From a virus, in IMG/VR virus record IMGVR_UViG_3300033388_002987, positions 32,001 through 96,000 of that record: a DNA stretch of 64,000 nucleotides, one strand, 5' to 3'. Within the stretch, counting starts at the first letter, position 1. Each line of letters opens with the position of its first letter. The notes under the pieces were generated by a model. It had not been told where the DNA came from. It did not search any database and was given only the letters and a program-made list of their open reading frames with translations. Position numbers and translations under genes: made by a program. Positions 48,686 through 57,700 of the stretch are shown piece after piece.

Positions 48686-50149
48686 ATGGGGTTAACACCA
48701 CAACAACAGGAAGCAGTTGACGCTGTATGTAAGGAGGGCCCGCAGCTAGTTAAGATTAAGGCAGTGGCTGGGTCAGGTAAGACACACACATTAATTGAAA
48801 TAGCTAAAACGCTGGATCCTACTTCTGGATTATATTTGGCATATAATCGTGCAATCAGCGAGGAAGCCGCTCAAAAGTTCAAAGGTACTAAAATCAAGTG
48901 CTCAACAATACACTCCCTCGCCTACGGCTCAGTCGTACGCCAGTACGGCCTTAAAGTAGGCTTCTTTGGTGTACGTAACGTGCAACCAGCTACTGAGAGT
49001 TATCCAGTACGTAAAAAGGTCGTAGACCTTTTAGAAGTCTTTTTCCTATCAGAGTATACTGATATTGTACAGTTCTTTACTGACAAAGGTACACCTACTC
49101 ATATTCAAGATGTATGTATAGAAAACTTAAACCTAATGACTACTGGTAAGATATCATGTAGTCATAGCTTCTACCTTAAACTATTTCATATTTATATGGC
49201 AACTGGTGAGATAGAAACACCTGAAGTAGACTTACTTCTAGTAGACGAAGCAGGGGATATCACACCACTTACTTTAGATATCTTTAGACTTATTAAAGCT
49301 CCTAAAAAGGTTGCTGTTGGTGATCCTATGCAAAATATCTACAGCTTTAATAATACTATTAATGCCTTTACAGAACTTCAAGGTGAAGGTGTTGAGATTG
49401 AGTTAACTGAATCATTCAGGGTATCTCACTTAATAGCATCTAGAGTTGGGGAATTTGTTTGTAAGCACTTAGATTCTGACTTTCACTTTACTGGTCGTAT
49501 ATATCACCCACAAGCAGTGGCTGATACTAAGGCTTATATTGCTAGAAATAACTCTGGGCTACTTGAAGAGATGCTCAGACTAAAGCATGAAGATATTCCC
49601 TTTCATACAACTAGACGTATTGATACTATTCTAGAGTTGCCAATTATCTTAGCTAACCTTGGTAGTGGTAATCCTATTGAAGGTTACCAATATAAACACC
49701 TTGAAAAGTTACGTAGTGACTGGGAAAAGACTCCAATGCTACAAACTGTACATAGTACTGTGGGAAAATACGTACTTGCATCGTCTAAGGATGATGACGA
49801 TATTATGCGTGCCTTTAATGTAGTAATGCGTTATGGCCCTGGAGAGTTAAATAGACTAGTTAAGTATGCTAAGGACTGTGCTAAAAAAGAATGTTCTCTA
49901 ACACTTACCACAGCTCACTCTTCTAAAGGCCTTGAGTTTGGTGAAGTTGAGATTGCACCAGATCTTAATGAAAAGGTAGCTGACTCTTTATATAAAATTA
50001 CGTTTGAATATAAGCACTACAATGCTGTTACATCTGACGCTAAAATAGCTGAGCTTAAAGAAGAGCTGCGTTTAGGGTATGTTGCAGCAACTAGAGCCAT
50101 GATAACGCTTACTAATGCTACTTTTCTACCTCAGGGAATAATTTCTTAA
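48686..50149 (+). CDS. Superfamily 1 (UvrD/Rep-like) DNA helicase
   Basis: AVAGSGKT, LAYN, STIHSLA, VDEAGD, VGDPMQNIY, SFR, TTAHSSKGLEF and YVAATRA. Confidence 0.9.
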   Translation: MGLTPQQQEAVDAVCKEGPQLVKIKAVAGSGKTHTLIEIAKTLDPTSGLYLAYNRAISEEAAQKFKGTKIKCSTIHSLAYGSVVRQYGLKVGFFGVRNVQPATESYPVRKKVVDLLEVFFLSEYTDIVQFFTDKGTPTHIQDVCIENLNLMTTGKISCSHSFYLKLFHIYMATGEIETPEVDLLLVDEAGDITPLTLDIFRLIKAPKKVAVGDPMQNIYSFNNTINAFTELQGEGVEIELTESFRVSHLIASRVGEFVCKHLDSDFHFTGRIYHPQAVADTKAYIARNNSGLLEEMLRLKHEDIPFHTTRRIDTILELPIILANLGSGNPIEGYQYKHLEKLRSDWEKTPMLQTVHSTVGKYVLASSKDDDDIMRAFNVVMRYGPGELNRLVKYAKDCAKKECSLTLTTAHSSKGLEFGEVEIAPDLNEKVADSLYKITFEYKHYNAVTSDAKIAELKEELRLGYVAATRAMITLTNATFLPQGIIS

Positions 50150-50159
50150 TAGGTTCGGT

Positions 50160-50418
50160 ATGTGAATAGCTCTAATTAATGTGAATAAGATGTGAATAAC
50201 TTTAACTTAAAGGATTATCATGATGCCTGATAACTACGAATTATGTAGAATTATAGAAGACCTCCAAACCATATTTACGTTCGAAGAGATTATAAGTATG
50301 ATTAACGAAAGTGCAGTTGCTTAATTTTTATACAACTGACTGCCTAATTTTTATACAACTAATTGGTGTAGTATTTGCACAACTTAATGTGAATAACCAC
50401 CATACCGATGTGAATAAC
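50160..50418 (-). promoter_or_regulatory. Cluster of DnaA-box-like 9-mers
   Basis: TGTGAATAA (TTATTCACA on the minus strand) at 50180, 50191, 50388 and 50409, plus a one-mismatch copy at 50161; matches the TTWTNCACA consensus. Confidence 0.7.
50322..50360. repeat. 16-nt direct repeat TAATTTTTATACAACT, two copies
   Basis: Exact copies at 50322-50337 and 50345-50360. Confidence 0.9.
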
Positions 50419-50438
50419 TGTTCAATAAACAGGCAGTA

Positions 50439-53400
50439 CTAGCTACCTAATAAATAAGTAGTAGGTATCTCGTGCCCTGATGGGCTTACTACTTCCCACA
50501 TTCGTTCAAATACTTTGAACGGATTATAAGTATTAAGTCCTTTATCAAAGAAACTTGCATCAAGTACATCTGCAGTATCACCAGTAACGAACTGTTGGAA
50601 AGCAATATCAGCACCTACTCTAGCAGGATTCTCTTTAACAAATTTAGCAACTACTTTTTGAATTCTCACAAAGTACTTCACAAAAAACCATGTACCCATA
50701 GCATCCCCATATCTAATATGCTTCTCTAAAGGAGCTTCGTAGTTTACGTAATTATCAATAGCATTACGCATAGCCTTAGCTCTAATCTTTACATTAACAT
50801 CTTCAGGTATCTTATCTCTTACCTTCTCAGCTGCTTCGCTAGCTGATAATCCTTTATTAGCATACTTATTAACTTCCGATGCCAGCTTTTCAGTAGCATA
50901 CTTCGTTTGTTGTGCATCAATTTCATTGTAATACTGAGCATACCTAAAATAGAAGTCACTCACTTGAGTGGCTTTTAATAACATATGATAAGGCTTAGTC
51001 TTCTGTGTTAAGAACAAGTGCTGAGCAATACTATTTAATGTTTCATTAGGTATTACTTTATTACCAATTTCTTGTAACCAATTAGTAACTTTATTATTCT
51101 CATTAGCTGTACTAACATCCTCAACTATAGACTGATACAGCCCAGCATCCATCAATGGTGCTACTGTATTATTAGCTACGCTCGCTGTAAGCTCACGTAT
51201 TCTAGCGTCTACATCTCTAGCTCCACCCTTTTTAGCTCTTATTAAATTACCCAACTCTCTCTTATCAAGCTCATATGCCTTTAACTCTTTAGCTGCTGTT
51301 AGCATTAGCTTAAGCCCTTTAACCGGATGCACTCCAACATATAAAAGTATCTTAAAGTTTGACCATACATTACCAAGCAGTACTTCAGGTGTCTTAATAA
51401 CAATATTACCTTTAGCAATTTGCATTGTATCTTGCCATACACTTTCTATATGTCTTAGTTTCTTTTTATACTTTAATGGAAGGTTATCAAATACTTTAGC
51501 TTGTGATAAACTCCAGTCATCTTCTCCAAAAGCAATAGTTAATAATTTCTTATTAATAATAATCTTATCACTACCAAACTTCTTCGAAGCATAAGCTCTG
51601 GTTGCCTTAGGTAATCTAGCCCATAATTCTTCATAACCATTCTTAGGTGTTTTGATATCTATATCATAATCATCACCAGTTAAATCACTGCCTTCTATTG
51701 TAATAAACTCTTTCTTACTTTTTTCATTGTAGTTATTTTCATAATCATCAAATAATATATCAATAGTACTTTCATTATGTCTGGTAGTAGCATCTGCAGT
51801 ACCCATTGTACCCCATGACTTAGCTAGGTTTTCGGTTCCTCTAGTTTCCATGTCTAAGAATTGCTTCTTATCAGTTATACTCATAGTAACTCTAAAATCA
51901 ACCACTTCGCCTTGACTATTATAAATTGGGCTCATACCAAGAGAGTTTCTATCAGCCTTAAATTGTGCTAATGTAGCTTTAAATAATGTATTAAACTTTG
52001 CTCTCTTCTTAATTTTATCCCATTCTTTCACATCAGCGTCAGACTCTGCATGAATAATATCCATTAAACTAAGGCCTCTAGATTTCTTATCTTGTAGTCC
52101 TAGTGCTCCATTAGCTCTCTTGACAGCAGGTTCACCTGTCTTAAACATACCATAGTTACGTAAGTTGCCAGGTAAATCTTTTACCTCTTTTAATAATACA
52201 TACCCTTGCGCTTCAAGGTTAGCTTTCTGGCTCATAGGATGAAACTCAAGTACATTATCAGACTTATAAGTTTCTTTGACATAACCCTTAATACGCTTAT
52301 GCAAGTTACTTCTCATTTCTTCAGTTGATGCTACTTGTAGCCCAATAGATGAGTCAATAAACCCATTAACGCCTTTCATAACTTGCTTAGTATAAGCATC
52401 ACGACTTAACGGCTTATCTAATGTAAGTTTATACCTCTCTTTAGCCTTACCCCATAACGTTTGAGAGTAATCTATATAACTCTCTCCTGTCATAAAGTCT
52501 CTTAAGGTGTTTTTAGCACTATCTGCTGTAGCATCTAAGGCCTTATAGCTAATAAGTTGGTCTATTTGCTTAATAGTCTCGTCAGTTGCAGATTTTATAG
52601 CACCACCAAACCCATCAGCTATATTAGCTGCATTAGTAGCAGTCCCTACACCAGTTACCATATAAGCCACTTGTGACTCTATATCTGCTAACTGCTGTGG
52701 TGATAGCCCTTGGCTTAGCTCATCTATCTTAGTTTGTACCTTACTAGAATCCTTTAGAAGCTCTAGGAGCTCTTCAGCAGTTAACCCTAGGCTTTGTATG
52801 TCTGTACGTAGAACAACGTCTGTAAGTGACTCGTTGTTACCTAGATTAAGTATATCATTATTGATACCAATTCCTTCGAACCAATCTTTATCAGATTGTG
52901 CTAACACGTCTTCATACGTCTTCTCACGCATCTCATCAACTGCCTTAGTAAGTTTTAATATAGCATCAGCTAATTGATTGTAAGCCCCCTTCTGTGTTAG
53001 AAAGTCTCTACCTATACTTCTAATCATTCCTTGCTCTAATAACCCTACAGCCTCAAACATAGCGTTAGTAGTCTTAGCATATGACTCTGCTACGGCTCTA
53101 CTAGCCTTCGCACCCTTAGTCAGCTGATTCATCTTATACACAGTAGGCATTGCTAATATAATCCTCAGCATGTTATTCATAATGTCATAAACATCTTTAG
53201 ATAATACTACTGCAAAGTTTCCTGTATTAGTCTTATCATTAGCCTTACCTATTAGCTTATCCATTTTTTTCTTTAGACTAACAAACTCAGTAAGGTCTTC
53301 AGTACTTAGTACACCATTACCTTTAGACTCAATAGTCTCATCCAGTGCTCCTCCTAGAGTAATCAATGGCTTAGTAATTTGACGTAGGCTTTTATTAGAC

Positions 53401-54737
53401 ATCTCTATAACCTCTTGAGCCTTCTCCATACCTTTATTAATAGTTTCCATAGTCTGACTACCAGCAACCTTCTCAGTAGCCTGGTAGTTAGCTCGCATAA
53501 GCTTGAATACAAGGTCAGCACCTTCAGTAGTAACATCTCCACTACCTTTACGCTTAGCAAATCCCACTATTCTCTCTATTATATTAAGTAACATCTTACG
53601 TAACTTATCAATGACAGTATCACTATCTTTAACAGTATTAGTAGTAACGGCATTAATGTCTCTCATACCCTCTCTAAACATAGCATTAGTTGTAATAGCA
53701 GCCATGAACTCATGCAGTCCATTACCATGAGTGTCGTTGAATATATAATCCCACTTATCTTGTGCTTGCTTCTTCTGGTACTCAGTATAAACAACTCCAT
53801 CATTGATACCTGGTAACAATGTCTCCCAAGTAGACTCTTTAGTAGCCTTAGCATATAAGTCTTTTAGATCTCTCTTGAACGCAATAATATCAACGTCTTT
53901 AGCTATGTTTTTACTATTACTCATAACAAAGTCCATAACAGCATGTATTGACTCATGCACATACACTTCCTGATTCGTCATTGAAAAATTATTTCTAAAC
54001 TCAGCTGCAGGCCCATGTAAATCAAGTCTTACTTCAAGGCTGTCATTATTAGGGTCGTAATGCCCTTGTGCCTCAATCACACTATCCAGTGTACTCCTCT
54101 TAAGAGTTACATCTTTATCTTTAAAATCATTAACCATATTTCTAATAGTATTCAATGTAGTAGTAAGTAAGTTACTATGTGCCTCATTAAAGTTTTCACC
54201 CATATTAGCTTTATCAAGCTCTATGAATGCTTCATTAAGCTTAACAGTCTTATCAACACTACCATCAGTATCAATATAATACTCTTCAAACTCAAGGTGT
54301 GATATAGGCTCTGTAACACCTCTACTTCCAATAGTTATACGTCTAGTAAGCTTTACAAGACTCTCACCCTTAGCATTTCGATAGCCATGGGCTATCTCTG
54401 CATTAAGTAATTTAGCAAAGTTATCATTACTCTTATTATTATTGAATTGGTCAGTAAGTAGCTGTACTTCTTTACTTACTTCGATATAAGGTTGCTTATC
54501 TTTAGTAAGTGGAATAGCTTGACTGGCATTAGCTCTAATAGAGGCCGTCATGTCTTTAGCATCAAACACTTCCTGCTCTGATAAGTCTTTAGCTCTGTCT
54601 ACTACTTGCTCAGCTAGCTCGTAGGCCTTAACTTTAATAGCCGGGCCACCGAGGTCCGGGCTTGTCTTCTTTAACTCTACTATTGCTCTCTTAGCAATAT
54701 CATCTACCATTAGCTGCCTTGCTCTACACTTTGCCAT
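50439..54737 (-). CDS. Large virion protein resembling the C-terminal region of N4-type virion RNAP; zincin-like domain
   Basis: VHESIHA..LHEFMA. C-terminal YVNY..DAMGTWFFVKYFVRIQK recalls N4-like vRNAP C-termini from memory; not searched. Confidence 0.65.
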   Translation of the reverse strand: MAKCRARQLMVDDIAKRAIVELKKTSPDLGGPAIKVKAYELAEQVVDRAKDLSEQEVFDAKDMTASIRANASQAIPLTKDKQPYIEVSKEVQLLTDQFNNNKSNDNFAKLLNAEIAHGYRNAKGESLVKLTRRITIGSRGVTEPISHLEFEEYYIDTDGSVDKTVKLNEAFIELDKANMGENFNEAHSNLLTTTLNTIRNMVNDFKDKDVTLKRSTLDSVIEAQGHYDPNNDSLEVRLDLHGPAAEFRNNFSMTNQEVYVHESIHAVMDFVMSNSKNIAKDVDIIAFKRDLKDLYAKATKESTWETLLPGINDGVVYTEYQKKQAQDKWDYIFNDTHGNGLHEFMAAITTNAMFREGMRDINAVTTNTVKDSDTVIDKLRKMLLNIIERIVGFAKRKGSGDVTTEGADLVFKLMRANYQATEKVAGSQTMETINKGMEKAQEVIEMSNKSLRQITKPLITLGGALDETIESKGNGVLSTEDLTEFVSLKKKMDKLIGKANDKTNTGNFAVVLSKDVYDIMNNMLRIILAMPTVYKMNQLTKGAKASRAVAESYAKTTNAMFEAVGLLEQGMIRSIGRDFLTQKGAYNQLADAILKLTKAVDEMREKTYEDVLAQSDKDWFEGIGINNDILNLGNNESLTDVVLRTDIQSLGLTAEELLELLKDSSKVQTKIDELSQGLSPQQLADIESQVAYMVTGVGTATNAANIADGFGGAIKSATDETIKQIDQLISYKALDATADSAKNTLRDFMTGESYIDYSQTLWGKAKERYKLTLDKPLSRDAYTKQVMKGVNGFIDSSIGLQVASTEEMRSNLHKRIKGYVKETYKSDNVLEFHPMSQKANLEAQGYVLLKEVKDLPGNLRNYGMFKTGEPAVKRANGALGLQDKKSRGLSLMDIIHAESDADVKEWDKIKKRAKFNTLFKATLAQFKADRNSLGMSPIYNSQGEVVDFRVTMSITDKKQFLDMETRGTENLAKSWGTMGTADATTRHNESTIDILFDDYENNYNEKSKKEFITIEGSDLTGDDYDIDIKTPKNGYEELWARLPKATRAYASKKFGSDKIIINKKLLTIAFGEDDWSLSQAKVFDNLPLKYKKKLRHIESVWQDTMQIAKGNIVIKTPEVLLGNVWSNFKILLYVGVHPVKGLKLMLTAAKELKAYELDKRELGNLIRAKKGGARDVDARIRELTASVANNTVAPLMDAGLYQSIVEDVSTANENNKVTNWLQEIGNKVIPNETLNSIAQHLFLTQKTKPYHMLLKATQVSDFYFRYAQYYNEIDAQQTKYATEKLASEVNKYANKGLSASEAAEKVRDKIPEDVNVKIRAKAMRNAIDNYVNYEAPLEKHIRYGDAMGTWFFVKYFVRIQKVVAKFVKENPARVGADIAFQQFVTGDTADVLDASFFDKGLNTYNPFKVFERMWEVVSPSGHEIPTTYLLGS

Positions 54738-54745
54738 TGGGTTCC

Positions 54746-57700
54746 TTACTTACAGTTTTTTATTTTATTAGTTGTTCTAGCCACTTCCCCAGCTATGAAC
54801 TTATGACTAAACACGTCTGACGCTATGTCACCACTAACAACCTCTCTAACTTTATTGCCTTCAGCAATAGCTACATCCTTATCACTAACTGCTTCTAGTC
54901 TTACTTTAGGTAACGTAGGCCCATTCATCCAAGATTTTTTAAGTCTCTCAGTCCATACAATTCTAGGACCAGTGCCTGTTAATGCCTTTGCGTTGACTTG
55001 CTTAATCTCTTTAACATCTTTCTTAACCTGCTCTTGCTCTAAAACCATCGCAGTAAATGAGTCTACTAAGTAATCATGCATAGTACCTTTACGTTTACCT
55101 TGCATTCCTAACATAGTTAGTACAGTATCTATTAACACATCAAGTGCGTTAGTAAAGTATTCTTTAGGATTAGCAGGTTTTATACTGGCTAGCATTTTAA
55201 TAACTTTAGGGTTGCTCATACCTTCTGCTAAGAATTCTTCCTTACTCTGCATCCATAGTGCATCCATATCTGGGTCTGGTAACATATTAAATACTTCCCA
55301 GAATAAATCTTCAACTCTTTTAGTTAACTTGTCTTCAGGGTGTGCCTGCATATACGCAACAGACCCAGCGTGTACTAACTCATGAAATCTAACGTACTCA
55401 GCATCTTGCTCATTAATGTATTTACTTATAATCTTATAATTTTCATCTGTTAGCTCTTTAACATCAGCTACTTCTTTTGTTGTTGACGTTGGTTTCAAGT
55501 CTTTACTATAATGGCTACTAAGTGCCTCTTTTACAACTTCACCATTAAGGTCTCCAAGTACTATAGTATTAGTATCCTTAGTGTATTGTCCTAGTATAAT
55601 CTTACCTAAGTACCCTTCTGTAAACTGTCTAGTAATAAACTCAGGGTCTTCTACTATACGTGTTCCCATTACATCCATTATCTTAGCTGAGTACATATCA
55701 CTCATTTGCTTGTACTGGCCATATGCTGCAGAGTGGAAAGGGTTCCCTTTTCTAGCTAGGTCAACTGGTGATATATGAAAGTTAGTTATGTCAGATCCTT
55801 TATTATCCGACAGTATACCAGAATCCATAGCATTGTCAATTGGTGATACAAACTCGTTAGGGTATGACTCCGTTGATGACCCTACCACTGGTCTAGGTAT
55901 AGTAGTCTTTTCCTTAAGCTTAACGTTAGGCTCTTGCCTAGTGTAAGTCTCTCCCACTCTATCATAATGTGCACCTTCGTAAGCTGCATGCTCAAATCTT
56001 ATATCCTCATTTAGCAACTCAGTTCTAGCTGTCTCTGACTCATCATGCAGTTTAACTAAATCTTGTTGTATACTCTCTACAGTACTAGCTTTATCTTTAT
56101 CTGATGTACTTTCCTTAACATACTCAGCGTCAACAGCTTTAATGTCTTCTTTACTAGCAGCATTAATACTGCTGTTAACACTATTTAATATCTCAGTAAC
56201 CATACTATACTTAGTAGATACTTGTGCCGTACCTTTATTATATAATTTAGTCCCTTCAGTAACTTTATCAATAGCAAGTACATTAGCATCATGCACACCA
56301 AGCCCCTCAACCTCACTTAATACTAATGACTGTATAGAACCATCTATAAAGTGAATTGGCACAACAGCACCAGATGCAAATGATTCAACCATCTTGTATC
56401 TCTTAGCTTGCCCACTTAATCTCTTATTATCTGCAAGTCTTACATTAGCTTGGCCAGACTCTTTAACCCCTTTGAGCAAGTCATAGTTAACTGCCTCGTT
56501 ACCAAATATCATCATCTTACTTTTAGCATCACCTAATACAGTCTTAATTGCAGGCAGTGACTCTTCTAACGTCCCAATTATCTCATTAATCTCTGAGTCT
56601 TTCAAATGTCTACCAAGTTCTTTTTGTTTATTATCTACAGCTTTATCAAGCTTCTGTTTAAACAGTCTAAACATCATAGTAAATGAGTTATTTATCTTAC
56701 GCCCAGCCTCTATATAATCTCCGTATGTCTCAGTAAACGTTTCTTCTAAAGCAGTACCAACACTAGCTTTAATATTATTACGTATATTATCAGCAAGTAC
56801 CTCTGGTATTGTATACTTCTTACGTTGAGCTTCTGACATTTCTTGTACTTTCTTAGCCTCATTTAATGCTAACTGTATAGTAGCTTTACTACCATCTGCA
56901 GCTACCCATCCATCTTTAGTATTTTTCATACTGACACCGGAGTCTTTAATTATAGCTATTACTTGAGCTACATCTTGAGTACTTGAAATATTAGTATATA
57001 AACTCTCAATAGCATCATCAGCTATCGTACTTATAATCTTAGGTAGTCCAGAACCATAATTAAATACCATAAACGGGTTCTTCATAAAGTTTCTACTAAT
57101 AGTTTTTATAGCCTCATCTACACCAGTACTTAACGCTAACTCGGTAGCTCTCTTGTTGGCACGTACGTACCAACTACGTCTATCACCCTTAGGTAGGTTA
57201 TCCTCAATAGTTTTGGCAATCTTAGGCAGCTTACGCGTCATTACCTCAGCAGGTGTATTATACGCATCAGTATAGCCGGCTTGCTCAGCCTGTCTACCAT
57301 AACTAGTATTCTCATTAAAATCAAAGAATACTCCGCCTTTAGCTAGGAAGTTCTTAACATCTTTAATAATAGGCATTTGCAATATCTTAAGTATAAACCC
57401 TGACGTAACTGCATCTGTCTCAATAGGTAACTTAGACTCAAAACCAACTAATGTTTTATTCTTAGCTTCGTATTTATTAGTAGCTCTTAGCTCGGCAAGC
57501 CCACCTATAGTGTGCTCTATATCATGTGACCAGCCATTATCTTGCACCTCTATAAGTATCTCTAAGTCAGTTTTACCATCAGTAATCATCTTATCAAGTT
57601 TGGTCTTAAGTTCACTCCATTCTTTAAGTGCGTTAGCCTTTGACTTCTTATCTATATCAACACCAAACGCCATAGCTAACGCTAACCTATGATCATCCAT

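Noticed and set aside
50322-50418. CRISPR array
   Set aside because: The repeats are 9-16 nt, with irregular short gaps and no spacer-length periodicity.
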